A DNA stretch of 64,000 nt from Vampirovibrionales bacterium (GTDB lineage: Bacteria > Cyanobacteriota > Vampirovibrionia > Vampirovibrionales > JAJTHC01), in the NCBI GenBank assembly GCA_035285025.1, contig JAYKHY010000036.1, forward strand, positions 1 to 64,000. Reading direction: 5' to 3'. The position numbers and the translations under genes were made by a program. The notes beneath the pieces are model-generated. The model did no database searches. It saw only the letters and a program-made list of their open reading frames with translations, and was not told where the DNA came from. How positions within the stretch are numbered: the first letter of the stretch is position 1; every line of letters starts with the position of its first letter. This document shows positions 1 to 10,744 of the stretch, piece after piece.

Positions 1-297
1 AATGCTCAAATACGGCATTATTTGGCTCGCTGCAAACGAAAAAGCTTCTGTTACTCAAAATCTCTAGAAATGCTCAAGCTCAGCCTGGCTTTGCTCTTTC
101 AAAAACTCTCAGTTGCTTAGCAATGCCCTTGTTTTTTATGCTGGCCAGCCGTGATGTGGCGCGATTACGCTTACCCTTACCCCTTAAAAGCGCGTTTTAG
201 GTGAGTCTGGCACGGATTGCATGTGCCGGGTTACTGCGTTACGCTGGGAGCGTTTTTTAGACAGATTACAGTGGATTTACAACAGGTTTTTACCGTG

Positions 298-1194
298 ATG
301 GACGCGCAATCATCGCCAGAGCTGGCAACACTAAAGCTGGTCTTGCCCAAAGGGCGAATTCAGGAAAAAGTTCAGGATTTACTGGCCAAAGTAGGCGTTA
401 CGTTTGCCAGCACCAGTCGCTCTTACCGGCCGGTGTGCAACCGCAACGATATTGACATTAAAATCCTGAAACCCCAGAACATTGCCGCGTTGGTGGGCCT
501 GGGCCGCCACGATTGCGGGTTTACGGGCCACGACTGGGTTCAGGAGCAAAAGGCTAACGTGGTAGAGCTGCTGGATCTAGGCTTTGATCCGGTGCAGATT
601 GTGGCTGCCGTGCCCGAAGCGTTTGCGCAACAGGATTTGGCGCAGCGCGCCCAACAAACGCCGCTGGTAGTGGCCTCGGAGTACCGGCATTTAACCGAGC
701 GGTATTTGCAGGCTAAAGGCATTGCGCACGTGTTTATCCAGTCTTACGGGGCTACCGAGGCGCTACCACCCGAAGATGCTGACATGATTGTGGATAACAC
801 CGCCACCGGCAGCACGCTGCGGATGAACCGACTTGTGATTGTCGATGAGTTGTTGCGCAGTACCACGCGCTTTGTTGCGCACCCGCAAGCGCTCGAGGAC
901 CCGGTTAAGCGTGCGATTTTAGATGAACTGGTTATGCTGATGCGCAGCACGCTGGATGCTCAGCGCCGCGTTTTGCTCGAGATGAATGTTTCGCCTGAGG
1001 CGTTTGATGCGGTGGTGGCCATGTTGCCTGCCATGCGTTCGCCAACGGTGTCCAGTTTGCACGGGCAGTCCGGGTTTGCGATTAAAGTAGCCGTGCCTTC
1101 GCCGCAGGTGCCGGGGTTAATTCCTAAGCTAGTGCAGGCCGGCGCAACCGACATTTTGGCCTACAAACTCGAGAAAATTGTAGCTGGCTTGTAG
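298..1194 (+). CDS. hisG: ATP phosphoribosyltransferase, long form (HisG)
   Basis: Full-length similarity to HisG, including the TGSTLRMNRL region and the C-terminal regulatory domain. Start chosen at MDAQSS (codon 28 of track ORF 217..1194). No hisD follows. Confidence 0.85.
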   Translation: MDAQSSPELATLKLVLPKGRIQEKVQDLLAKVGVTFASTSRSYRPVCNRNDIDIKILKPQNIAALVGLGRHDCGFTGHDWVQEQKANVVELLDLGFDPVQIVAAVPEAFAQQDLAQRAQQTPLVVASEYRHLTERYLQAKGIAHVFIQSYGATEALPPEDADMIVDNTATGSTLRMNRLVIVDELLRSTTRFVAHPQALEDPVKRAILDELVMLMRSTLDAQRRVLLEMNVSPEAFDAVVAMLPAMRSPTVSSLHGQSGFAIKVAVPSPQVPGLIPKLVQAGATDILAYKLEKIVAGL

Positions 1195-1258
1195 CGAATC
1201 ATTTAGAGCCAGGCTTAAACAAACGGGCTAAAAGGTGTTGGCGTTCACATTAAAAATA

Positions 1259-1742
1259 CTAACGAGGAATAGCAACAGGGGCTACTTCGCTTACATTAAT
1301 AGCTTCAAAGTTGTGGACGGTAATGTTTTTAAACGTGCCGTCGATATTTTTAAACTGTAGAGTTTTGGTGTTGGCATCAACATTAATTACTTTCACTTGG
1401 TCTGGATAGACCACCCTGATATTTAACGTATCGGTGCCCGTGCCGCCGTTAAGCGTGCCAATATCTGGCGTTAAACTAAAAAAGTTATTCGCATCAAGAT
1501 TCACCAGATCGTTACCGCCGCCGGTGCTTACATTGCCGTGGGTGCCTCTCAGCGTGAGCACGTCTCGCCCTGCACCGCCGGTGATGTTACCTGTAGTTGA
1601 AGAATAGCTCGAAGAAAATCGATTTGTGCCATCGCCCAGGTTGATGTGGCCTGTTTGAGAGCCACGTGAATTAAAAAATACGGTTGTTTCAGAGCCTATG
1701 TCGCCTACAGAAACAGTATTGTCGCCATTACCTGTTACACTT
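1259..1742 (-). pseudogene. Remnant of an RTX/hemolysin-type calcium-binding repeat protein (3' fragment, no start codon)
   Basis: On the minus strand the frame is open from a TAA near 1743 to the stop at 1259. It encodes GGxGxD-type nonapeptide repeats (GGAGRDVLTL, GGGNDLVNL, GGTGTDTLNI), has no ATG, and is preceded by non-coding DNA. Confidence 0.5.
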
Positions 1743-2066
1743 TAGGCAGATTAGCCGAGTTAATTCGCCCAGGTTATGGGCTCGGGGTTTGGGTCGTCAA
1801 AACGTTAAAAATATGTTTAAATGGCTTTGGTTGTTTGTGCCTGCTTTTAAACAGAAAACAAGTTTGTGTGCAGACCCAAAATTTAGGTAAAGGCCGGGTT
1901 AAACGTTTTTCTGGCGAACGTCTGAGTTGTTTTTTGTGTTGTGTGTAGGGGATTTTATACCAGGATTGTTACCGTTTTTTGGGGCTGATAAAAAATTCCA
2001 AGGACCCGCAGCGTTTATTACCCACTGTTTTAGATGAATTGATGGCATTTTTAGGAGGGCTTGCAA

Positions 2067-2939
2067 ATGCATTTAACCGAAACGACCCGTGCCAATCGTG
2101 TGAGTCTGCTCAAGTTTTTACTGGCCGAGCGCCAACTGTTAAAAGGGATTGCAGGCATTGCCGAAACACGCTGGCCGGTTATAGAAACCGTGATTGAAGC
2201 GGCCAATCAGGCAGGGCAACCGATGGCGATTGATATTACCGCCGAGCCTGCCATTGTTAAATCCGCGCGTGCGCGCACGCATTTGCCCTTGTTTGCCTCG
2301 GCAGTAACGGCCGAAGCGTTGGTACAGGCCGCTTTGGCAGGTGCTGATGCTTTAGAGCTGGGTAATTACGATGCGTTGTATGAGGCGGGCGAGTTTATTG
2401 ATGCCGTTGATGTGCTCACGGCCTCGCGCGAGTTGCTGTTCCAGCTCAAGCGCCTGGGGCTTTACGGCCGTGTGCTTACCTGTGTAACAATTCCGGGCCA
2501 CTTGGCGCTGGATTCGCAGGTGAATCTTGCGCTTGCGCTTGAGGCGATGGGCGTTGATATGTTGCAAAGCGAAGGCGCTGTGCGCCAGCTTACTGCCGAC
2601 GCGGACATGCCCAAAGCGGCTCCGCTAACGGCTACCGAAAAAGTGGCATCGTCGCTCAGAGCCGTTCGCACCCTTGCGGCTGCGGTTCGGATTCCGGTGA
2701 TGGCCGCGAGCGGCTTCGAGGCTAAAACGGCGCAGTCTGCCCTGGAAGCTGGCGCAAGCGCAGTGGGCGTTGGCCGCAGCTGGCGTTTACTGGGCGAGGC
2801 GGATGTGATGGCTGCAAGTGCGCGCGACATGCTTTGCGCGCTGCGCACGGCAACCATGCCTGCATTGTGTGCCACAATGCCCAAATGCGATGCGGTTAAG
2901 GCTGACTCAGCGGTCTTAAAAACCTTGACAGCGGCTTAA
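2067..2939 (+). CDS. DUF561 (Ycf23-like) TIM-barrel protein
   Basis: Has LGNYDALYEAGEF and VGVGRS motifs resembling the GNFD-containing DUF561 family of cyanobacterial/plastid Ycf23. An AGGAGGG RBS lies 7 nt before the ATG at 2067. Confidence 0.55.
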   Translation: MHLTETTRANRVSLLKFLLAERQLLKGIAGIAETRWPVIETVIEAANQAGQPMAIDITAEPAIVKSARARTHLPLFASAVTAEALVQAALAGADALELGNYDALYEAGEFIDAVDVLTASRELLFQLKRLGLYGRVLTCVTIPGHLALDSQVNLALALEAMGVDMLQSEGAVRQLTADADMPKAAPLTATEKVASSLRAVRTLAAAVRIPVMAASGFEAKTAQSALEAGASAVGVGRSWRLLGEADVMAASARDMLCALRTATMPALCATMPKCDAVKADSAVLKTLTAA

Positions 2940-2961
2940 ACTTGGGCGCTAAACTAGCGCG

Positions 2962-4236
2962 TCAGGCGTACAAAGCAATAGGCTTGCGAGGCTGCCGTTC
3001 GGATTGGCTTTGCGAGTCTTTTTTGCCGCGTGCGTCTTCCGGGTTGCCTTGCTGACTAAACTGGAAGCTCATAAACGCCCCGCCGTTACCACTTGAGTTG
3101 CTGCCAGTGTGCCCCGAGGCTAAGGCCTGTATTAGGTTTTGCGTCTGGTCTCGCCAGGCAAGCGGACTGTGCATGGCTTGGGCCTGTTTGCTGCCATCCG
3201 AGATATACACCGGCAATGCGGGCATAAAGCCATCCAGGCCGCGGGTTAATTGTTGAGAAAGCTCAATGACGCCGGGTGCTTGGGGCTGTCCGGGGCGCGT
3301 GCGTGTCAATAAATCGCTCTTAATCCCAAAATCTGGCGTGTTGGCGGGCAGGCTAGCCGTAGCGCCCAGGCTTAAAGTCTCTGTGCCGCCCAAGGTGATT
3401 GATGAGGACTCTTGCGCGGTTAAGCTATTATTTAAAGAGCCTCTGGCAGCAGCGTCGCTTATATCAGAGGTGTATAGTGGCGTTTGCGAAGCTTGAGATA
3501 AAAGCGTGCCAGTTTGGCTGACGCCGTTAAAGCCTGCATCTAAGGGTGCGGCAAAGCCTCTGGCGGGTTGGTTAAGCGTGTTTGCGCCAAATACGCCAAA
3601 CGGCTTAAGGCGCGGACTGGTTTTGCCTGTTGTGCCCACCGAAAATTGCGCGCCCGTGGTGATTTCTGCGCGATTAGCAAGCTCGCCTGTGCTGCCCAGA
3701 AGCGTGCCTTGCGCGGGCGCAATCTGGCTGCCTAAAACGGTGCCTGCGCCATCGGTGCGTACTTGCAGGCCCAGTCTGGGAATCAAAAAATTGGGCTGGG
3801 TGGGCGTGTTAATCAGGGTGTCTAGCGCCTCTTCGGTAATGCTGTACTGCCGGGCCTTGTCTTCAAACGCGGCGGGAATCTTTGGGGCTGTTTTTGGTGC
3901 AGATTCGGCAATTAGGCGGCCTTGCGCGTTAATGCCTAAGGCTTGCTTGAATGTATCAAGTGCGTCTGCGGGTTGAGCATTTAAAAGGCTTGCGGCGGGT
4001 TGGCCTGGCACAAAGCCAGACACTTGATACGCCTGAGTGGTTGCCGTGAGGCTTGCGTTTGCTTTTGCCTGGGCGGGGCTCGGGTTAACGCTGTAGGTGC
4101 TGCCGTTAAACTTTAGGGTAAAGCGGCTGTCTGCGTTCAAGGATTGCTGGCGGGCAGTGGGCACCGGATAACGCGTTTGCGCGAGCCTGAACAGCGGCAG
4201 GCCGGGTAGATGCGTTTGAGCCCCAGAGAGAACCAT
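2962..4236 (-). CDS. Hypothetical Ser/Thr/Gly/Gln-rich protein (424 aa), no signal peptide
   Basis: Long ORF with coding-like composition and GGAAG 8 nt upstream of the ATG. No recognisable domain. Divergent from the giant gene. Confidence 0.6.
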   Translation of the reverse strand: MVLSGAQTHLPGLPLFRLAQTRYPVPTARQQSLNADSRFTLKFNGSTYSVNPSPAQAKANASLTATTQAYQVSGFVPGQPAASLLNAQPADALDTFKQALGINAQGRLIAESAPKTAPKIPAAFEDKARQYSITEEALDTLINTPTQPNFLIPRLGLQVRTDGAGTVLGSQIAPAQGTLLGSTGELANRAEITTGAQFSVGTTGKTSPRLKPFGVFGANTLNQPARGFAAPLDAGFNGVSQTGTLLSQASQTPLYTSDISDAAARGSLNNSLTAQESSSITLGGTETLSLGATASLPANTPDFGIKSDLLTRTRPGQPQAPGVIELSQQLTRGLDGFMPALPVYISDGSKQAQAMHSPLAWRDQTQNLIQALASGHTGSNSSGNGGAFMSFQFSQQGNPEDARGKKDSQSQSERQPRKPIALYA

Positions 4237-4577
4237 AAATTCAGCTTCCAGCGGTTTAATGCGCAGCGTAAATGCGTTAATTCACTCCCATTAATGATGC
4301 GCACAGAGCCAAGGCACTCGCTGGCGCATTGTTTGCAGATTTAATAATGTATCGGCGGCTTATACGGTAAAGCGTACTCAGGTTTATGCAGCGGGCATAA
4401 ATTTGTTACGGAGTGTTACAAGCTTCACCCAAAAGCCGCACGAGAAGGCACAGGCATCCAATAAAATGTTTTTATATAGATAAGATTTTGTAGGGAGTAT
4501 CCTGTCGTGTTTTACGGCAGATAAAAACGTGACGCGTTGTCGTTTCGTTTTTTAACACGCTGAGAGGGTGGGCGAGT

Positions 4578-7500
4578 ATGTCTGAAAATATTTCAGATGC
4601 TAAGTTAGGTACGTTAAAGGTCGGTAACCAGACCCAGGTCACGACGGCCAAGGGTCAAAAAGTTTTAGTGAACACCGCTGACCATGAATCCGTGTTTGCC
4701 AAGCAGAACGGTGACGAAACCCTTGTGAGCGTTTTTAGCTCTGATGACAAGGCCAAAATTTGTCATACCAAGCCCAGCCGTGAACTTTCGATTCAAGGCA
4801 AAAAAGGCAATACCAAGGTGTACGCCGCGTTAAAACCGGACGAGCAAAAAAAACTGTATAACACCTTTAAAAAAACGAATCCCAATGATGATAGCAGCCT
4901 AACGCTGGCAACAATGTTGGGTGGAAAAAAGCAGGATGAAGATGCCTCTTTAGACAAGGCACAGAATAATTCAAGCGCGTTGCAGCAAAAAGTTCAGGCG
5001 ATGCTGGATACGTCCAAGCACAGCGTGCCCTTCCAGAATGAAAAAGGCCTGAACAAGGTGCAGCAGCAATTTGAGCAAGGCAAATTATCTTTGCCAGAAG
5101 CTGAGGCAAAAGCGAAGCAACTAGAAACAAAAAAGGTCGGGCTTTTAGGCGGTGCGCTGCGTGGGGCGTCGTTGGGCGTTGTGCGTAACGAAGGCACGCA
5201 AGAGGGCCTTGATAGCATGGCTGGCGACATGGCCGGTAGCATGGTTAGCGGCTTAGGGGTAAATGCATTGGTTATAGCTGGTGCAAGTAAATTATCTAAA
5301 GGGGCTAGCGGTAAAAAGAAGTTGTTACTGGCAGGCACGGTAGGTATTGGCTCTTCGATTGCCTCGGGGGTGCGTACCTGGCAGGATTCGCTTGCCAATG
5401 ATGGCAAAGTTGATGCAGCCGAAGGCTGGAACATTGCACTGCAAGCAGGCTCTGGGTTTATTGGCGGCGCTGCCGGCACTTTGCTTGGGGCGCATGCGGG
5501 CTCTAAATGGGGGCTACTGGGGGCTGCAGGTGCCGACGTGGCTTTGGGCAATGGGCTGGGTTTAGGTAGCCTTGCGGTTAGTAACCAGATAGCCGGACGT
5601 GATAATTTGCTTGAAGGCTGGGAGCAAACCGTTGCAGCCTCGACTGCGGGCTCCTTGGTGGGCACAGGCATTGGGGTCGCGAGTAATCATTTTTCGGGTA
5701 AAGCGCCTGAATCCAACTCTGAAGTTAATAACCGTGATGGAGTGACCGTTCCTGAAGGAAGCTTTGATGATAAACCGCAAGCGAGTCCCTCTTCAGATTC
5801 GACGCCGATTAAAACGGGAGCATGGACTGAACAAGAAACTAAGGAAATTGAAGCCAGTACAAAAAGACTAGAAGAACTTAATGAAAGACTTCGTAACAGG
5901 AATAAGTCCAGCTTAAATGATGCTGACACTGTCTCTGACCCATGGGACGGGGCTGAACCTTCAAAAAGTTCACCGGACGTTAAAACGCCTAAGCCGGAAG
6001 CGAGTGCGCCAAAACTGTTGCCGCCAGCCGGCGAGCTGAGGTTAAACGGGCGTGAGCCGCTTTTAAGTGCGCTCACCAAGGCGGATCCTAAAAGCGCAAC
6101 CAGCGCCCTAAAAATTAACCCTACGTTCGATCTTTCAACGCAAGAGGGTCGCGCCGCCGCTTATCTGTCTGTTTTAAAGGATGTTGATCCGTCTGATTCA
6201 TCTAAGCCGCCAACCAGCGGAAAACTGAGCCAGGCGGGCGATGCACTGGTCGAGATTGCGCGCAATGAGGGTAATACAAACGAGGAAATTCGGACCTTAC
6301 TAACAAAAGCAAAAGACTATTACGAACGCGCGGGCAAGTTGGCGCAAAACGAGCAAACAATCCCTGGCGCGCAATCCGGTGGCAGTGACCTAGAGGCGCC
6401 AGCCAATAATGATATTGCGGCGCAGAACCTGAAAAAAGCGCGCGAGCTTAAGCGTTTGTTAAACGAACCGGTTGAATGGCAGAATGACCCGAAACAAGCG
6501 CAGCTTGAGCCCACCACGATTGATGTGCCCTATGAGGAAATTCCGGGCAACGTGCTCGAGGCCTCAAACGCGCAGGTTGAGCGCATACAAGCCACACCGG
6601 ATGCAGCCTTTGGTGCAGACGAAGCGGATACCGTGATTGCGCAACTAGAGCAAGCGCACGCCAAGCAGCACGCGCTGCAGGAAGGTAAACGCATTGCAGG
6701 CCTGCCCGAGCAAACGCAGCAAAATCTGCTGAAGCGGGCGCAACAGCAATCGCCCGAAAAAAATCTACGCACTGTAGCCGATCTGATTCGGGAGGTTAGC
6801 GAGCCAAAATCTAACGAGGCTGGTCAAGCTTTGCTGCCTGGCGCGCCGTCGCTGATGACCAGCCGCTCGTTGGTGCAAGAGCTTAGCAATGATTTGGCGG
6901 TAAAGCTCCGTCAGGGGCAGCTTTCGCCCCAAAAAGCCATCGAGTTGTCGGGCGCGCTGATTCGCCGCGCCGAGTCTCGGCCGGCCTACCGGATTGCTGA
7001 CAGTGACCTGCTGCCTGTTCGGCAATTGCAGGCTGACGCGATTCAGGCCAAACTAGGCGAGCTTGAGGCGCAAGCTCGTGCTAATGGCCCCAAAACGCGC
7101 TCGTTGCCGCCCGCGCAGTGGGATAAACCCATGCTCAACAGCGCCATAGATCAGTTTATTGCCGCGCAAGAAGCCAAGCTAAAGCTGAGTCCTAGCGACC
7201 CAACGGCAACAAAAGCCATTGCCGATGCCGAGGCGTTCAAGCGCAAGCTTAATCACGCTAACTTAAACGCTGCAAATGATTCGAGCGCGCTTGCGCTCAC
7301 GGAAAGTGATCACGCGACGTTGCAGGCATTGATTGACCATAAGCGCGAGGCACGCAATGTGAACGTCACGGAAAAACTCAACCAAGAGATTGATCATCTG
7401 CGCAGCATTGAGCGCTACGGCAGCCCAGACCCTGCACGGGCTACGGCGCTTGAACCGGGCGTGCTGGACGCGCCCACGTTGCACGGGTATTTGGATGCGT

Positions 7501-9809
7501 TTATTGGTGCTAAAGAAGCACAACGCACCGCCGGCGTAGACGTGCCACAAGCCAATCTGGCGATTCAGCAGGCAAAGGCGTTTCAGGATAAGCTTATTCT
7601 GGCAACTGGCGATGAAGCTGCGATTCAAGAGTTAATTAAACGCTTAAAATCAGATATTGAGCCTTCACGTAATCCGCAAATCAATCGGCAAAGTTCGACG
7701 ACACACAAGCAAAATATATTAGAGCTTATTAACTTAGCAGAAGCAACACAAACAGCCATTATTAAAAATGAGCCGCGCCCTATTGCGGACGTTGATACGC
7801 TGCTGGAACAAAGCGGCTTGGCCAAAGCCGCCGCCCAACAGCCCGTGCCCGAAGCCAACTGGAGCCAGGTGCCCGATGCTGAGCGCCCCAAGGTGTTTCA
7901 GGATGGCTACAACACGCCCGGCCCGAACGTGATTCAGGATTGGTGGAAAAACCGAGGCAATAAACCAGCCGAAGTCGCCACGGCAAAAGATACGCCCCCT
8001 GCTGATGTCTCTGACGCGACGCCAAAAGCGCTGCCTGAAAAACAGGGCTTTAACTGGCGCAATCCGTTTGGCTGGAATAAAAAACAAGCGCCCGCCGTTG
8101 CGCCTGAGAGCACGCCGCCAACGCCAGAGCCCTCAACGGAGTCTGCATCAACTTACGAGGCACCCAACCCTTGGGATGATGCGCCTCCGGCCTCGGATCC
8201 AACAATACCGGTTAACGCAGAAGTCGTGAGCGAAACGGTTCCTTCAACTGCGACCGCGAGTGAGTCTGACCTACCCCAACTGCCGCCTGCAGCGGGGTTA
8301 GATTGGTCGCGGCTGAGAAACCCCTGGCAAACAGTCAAAAACGATATTCAAGCGACGACCGCGACGCTGCGCGGCTTAGGCGACTCAGAATTGGGCTTTA
8401 TTGAGCGTAACAGACAAAACGCGCTAGCGCTGGATGCCGCTGGCGCGCCTAAAGCCGCCGAAGCGGTGGTTACAGAAAGTTCAGCCGAGCCCGCGCCCGC
8501 TAACGTTGAGCCTGCGCCTACGGCCGAGCCTGTGCCACAGGCCGCGCCCAGCGCGTCGCGATTCCCGGAAGGGTATCAGGCGTCGGGGAAATCGGGTAAG
8601 GCAATGCTTGCGTTGGATAAAGCGCTCAAGATTCAGGCCGATGGCATCTCGATGATGCCCAGCTTGCGCCTGACCAAAAATTACGAGGCGGCGTCTAAAG
8701 GCCTAACGAAGCTAGGTGTGAATCTTTCGGCCGATGAGTTAAGCGCGGCGGCGAAGAAAAACCAGCTGAGCGAGGTTATTTTTAACGAGCTTTACGCCAA
8801 AAAATACCCGCAGGCAACTACGGAGATTAACAATAGTGGCGCGCCTTCGCAAAATATAGCGGCTGAGCCTGTCAAGGCCGAGCCGGAGTCTATCTCCGTA
8901 CCTGGCACACCTGTCGCTGATGAGACTCATACAGAGTCTTTTCAGCCAAACACACTCATAGGGGATCTTCTTAATGAAAACAAGCCAGAGCAAGCATTGG
9001 AAGTAGCTCGACAAGCTTTATCGGTAGAAACCGATCCTCAATCTGTTGATCACTTAAATCAGCGCATTCAGGAAGCAAACCTACAAATCGAGGCCCAACA
9101 AAAAGTGCAGGCTGAAGCTGATGCAAAAGAGCAAGAAGCCAAGCAAAAAGCTCAGGCTGACGCGGCTGAAAAAGCGCAAGTGGCTGCAAAACAAGCCCAA
9201 ACAGAAGCTTCCGAAAAAGCGCGCCTAAAAGCCCCACAAAAAACGCAAGAGGCTAAATCGCATCAAGTTTCGCGTGCTCAAGCGGCCGAACAAATTTATC
9301 AGCAACTCTTGGCTGACTTTGATACAAAAATAGCGGAAGCGTCAGAGTCTGGATTTATCAATAAGGATAAAATTGCTCAAGATAAAGCGAGATTTGAAAA
9401 TTCAATGTCTTTGGACCAGTTGAAAGCAGCCGTTAAGTCTCCTGATGCCTTTGCCTCTTTTGTAGTGTCTCAAGATAATGATCGCGTTAACGGCGGGCGT
9501 AATATTTTTGCGGCCTATCAAGCGATTTTGGCTAACTCACAGACCAAAATACCATTACCCGAGCCCGTTGCAGATATTCTTGTGCGCAGGCTTACGCTAA
9601 GTAACCCGACTGCAAACAGAGCTGATCTTAAACAACTTTTGATGCAAGACGCAAATTTAACCCCAGAGACGCTTGAACAGTATTTTAAAAAGTATGTAAA
9701 CTCTATTGAATCAAGTGAGGATGGCATTGCGTGGAAAGCAAGTGAGGGTGGCTCACGCAGCATCTATGAGATGAATAGTTTAGACGAGTCGCCTGCGAAT
9801 GTGCTTTAA
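4578..9809 (+). CDS. Giant hypothetical protein (1743 aa) with a Gly-rich hydrophobic segment and long coiled-coil/low-complexity regions
   Basis: Uninterrupted 5.2 kb ORF with a GAGGGTGGG RBS. Residues ~190-340 form a glycine-zipper-like hydrophobic region (GGxxG / AGxxG). Downstream are Pro/Ala/Glu-rich and KAQAD coiled-coil tracts. Confidence 0.8.
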   Translation: MSENISDAKLGTLKVGNQTQVTTAKGQKVLVNTADHESVFAKQNGDETLVSVFSSDDKAKICHTKPSRELSIQGKKGNTKVYAALKPDEQKKLYNTFKKTNPNDDSSLTLATMLGGKKQDEDASLDKAQNNSSALQQKVQAMLDTSKHSVPFQNEKGLNKVQQQFEQGKLSLPEAEAKAKQLETKKVGLLGGALRGASLGVVRNEGTQEGLDSMAGDMAGSMVSGLGVNALVIAGASKLSKGASGKKKLLLAGTVGIGSSIASGVRTWQDSLANDGKVDAAEGWNIALQAGSGFIGGAAGTLLGAHAGSKWGLLGAAGADVALGNGLGLGSLAVSNQIAGRDNLLEGWEQTVAASTAGSLVGTGIGVASNHFSGKAPESNSEVNNRDGVTVPEGSFDDKPQASPSSDSTPIKTGAWTEQETKEIEASTKRLEELNERLRNRNKSSLNDADTVSDPWDGAEPSKSSPDVKTPKPEASAPKLLPPAGELRLNGREPLLSALTKADPKSATSALKINPTFDLSTQEGRAAAYLSVLKDVDPSDSSKPPTSGKLSQAGDALVEIARNEGNTNEEIRTLLTKAKDYYERAGKLAQNEQTIPGAQSGGSDLEAPANNDIAAQNLKKARELKRLLNEPVEWQNDPKQAQLEPTTIDVPYEEIPGNVLEASNAQVERIQATPDAAFGADEADTVIAQLEQAHAKQHALQEGKRIAGLPEQTQQNLLKRAQQQSPEKNLRTVADLIREVSEPKSNEAGQALLPGAPSLMTSRSLVQELSNDLAVKLRQGQLSPQKAIELSGALIRRAESRPAYRIADSDLLPVRQLQADAIQAKLGELEAQARANGPKTRSLPPAQWDKPMLNSAIDQFIAAQEAKLKLSPSDPTATKAIADAEAFKRKLNHANLNAANDSSALALTESDHATLQALIDHKREARNVNVTEKLNQEIDHLRSIERYGSPDPARATALEPGVLDAPTLHGYLDAFIGAKEAQRTAGVDVPQANLAIQQAKAFQDKLILATGDEAAIQELIKRLKSDIEPSRNPQINRQSSTTHKQNILELINLAEATQTAIIKNEPRPIADVDTLLEQSGLAKAAAQQPVPEANWSQVPDAERPKVFQDGYNTPGPNVIQDWWKNRGNKPAEVATAKDTPPADVSDATPKALPEKQGFNWRNPFGWNKKQAPAVAPESTPPTPEPSTESASTYEAPNPWDDAPPASDPTIPVNAEVVSETVPSTATASESDLPQLPPAAGLDWSRLRNPWQTVKNDIQATTATLRGLGDSELGFIERNRQNALALDAAGAPKAAEAVVTESSAEPAPANVEPAPTAEPVPQAAPSASRFPEGYQASGKSGKAMLALDKALKIQADGISMMPSLRLTKNYEAASKGLTKLGVNLSADELSAAAKKNQLSEVIFNELYAKKYPQATTEINNSGAPSQNIAAEPVKAEPESISVPGTPVADETHTESFQPNTLIGDLLNENKPEQALEVARQALSVETDPQSVDHLNQRIQEANLQIEAQQKVQAEADAKEQEAKQKAQADAAEKAQVAAKQAQTEASEKARLKAPQKTQEAKSHQVSRAQAAEQIYQQLLADFDTKIAEASESGFINKDKIAQDKARFENSMSLDQLKAAVKSPDAFASFVVSQDNDRVNGGRNIFAAYQAILANSQTKIPLPEPVADILVRRLTLSNPTANRADLKQLLMQDANLTPETLEQYFKKYVNSIESSEDGIAWKASEGGSRSIYEMNSLDESPANVL

Positions 9810-10023
9810 ACAGCCATTTGAGTAATTTTATTGATCTTGATTCGTTTAAATCGATAGAAACAAGACTGTACGACGCGATGATTAAAGCCTTAGGCCAACA
9901 GGGTATCGAGGCGAGATATCATCTGGATGACATAGGTCGCCCTATATTTGAAGAAAAAATAAACGGTACTTGGCCGTAAAGGGGTAATACGTTTAGGCAC
10001 ACTTGTTTTGCCTTGTATTGTAT

Positions 10024-10052
10024 TTGACACACCCTCGCCCTCGCGGTTAAAT
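10024..10052 (+). promoter_or_regulatory. Sigma70-type promoter of rplU-rpmA (TTGACA-17 nt-TTAAAT)
   Basis: Consensus -35 TTGACA and -10 TTAAAT with 17-bp spacing, about 40 nt upstream of the rplU ATG. Confidence 0.55.
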
Positions 10053-10092
10053 AGCAATACGTGACGTTTTTAAACAAATAAGGCTAAATTTT

Positions 10093-10416
10093 ATGTACGC
10101 TGTGGTGTCCATTAACGGAAAACAATTTAAACTCGAAGCAGGCAAATATACCGATATTGACCTGCTGGCTGATAAGGCCGAAAACGATGCCCTGACGTTT
10201 GATCAGGTGCTGTTTGCCGCCGATGATGCGGGCAAAGTGCTGATTGGCCAACCGGCCATTGCAGGCGCAAGCGTAAACGTAACAGTGGTGCGCCATTGGC
10301 GCGGCCCCAAAACGCTGGTGTTTAAGTACCGGTGCAAAAAAGGCACGCGTAAAAAGAATGGACACCGGCAGTCTTACACGCGCATCCAGGTGGATGCCAT
10401 TAAATTGCCCGCGTAA
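10093..10416 (+). CDS. rplU: 50S ribosomal protein L21
   Basis: MYAVVSINGKQFKLE N-terminus and ~105 aa length typical of L21, directly upstream of rpmA. Confidence 0.95.
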   Translation: MYAVVSINGKQFKLEAGKYTDIDLLADKAENDALTFDQVLFAADDAGKVLIGQPAIAGASVNVTVVRHWRGPKTLVFKYRCKKGTRKKNGHRQSYTRIQVDAIKLPA

Positions 10417-10458
10417 CGTTACTTTTTTAAAACAAACTTATTAAAGGAAGCACAGGTT

Positions 10459-10722
10459 ATGGCACAGAAGAAAGGCGCGGGTTCTACAAAGAACGGGCGC
10501 GATAGTCAAAGTAAACGTCTGGGCGTCAAAAAATTTGGCGGTCAGCAGGTGCTTGCAGGCAATATTCTGGTGCGTCAGCGTGGCACCAAGTTCCACGCGG
10601 GGGCCAATGTGGGCATTGGTAAAGATGACACGTTGTTTGCCCTGACCGAAGGCGTTGTGAGCTTCCAGAAGCAAAAAACCCGCTGCAAAGTGCACGTGTT
10701 GCCGGTTGCAGAAGCGGTTTAA
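10459..10722 (+). CDS. rpmA: 50S ribosomal protein L27
   Basis: [24 protein letters not shown]... is the canonical L27 sequence. Confidence 0.95.
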   Translation: MAQKKGAGSTKNGRDSQSKRLGVKKFGGQQVLAGNILVRQRGTKFHAGANVGIGKDDTLFALTEGVVSFQKQKTRCKVHVLPVAEAV

Positions 10723-10744
10723 CGCCATAAGCAAACGTTTAAAA

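Noticed and set aside
1979-2197. ORF 1979..2197 + overlapping the DUF561 gene start
   Set aside because: It overlaps the better-supported DUF561 ORF, which has a strong AGGAGG RBS. There is no RBS or homology for the upstream ORF.
4867-8338. Numerous 60-225-aa ORFs on both strands nested inside the giant gene (e.g. 4994..5671 -, 7734..8087 -, 8005..8229 +)
   Set aside because: They are fully contained in a long, compositionally coherent ORF in a GC-rich region where spurious antisense ORFs are expected. They have Arg/Pro/Ser-rich artefactual composition.
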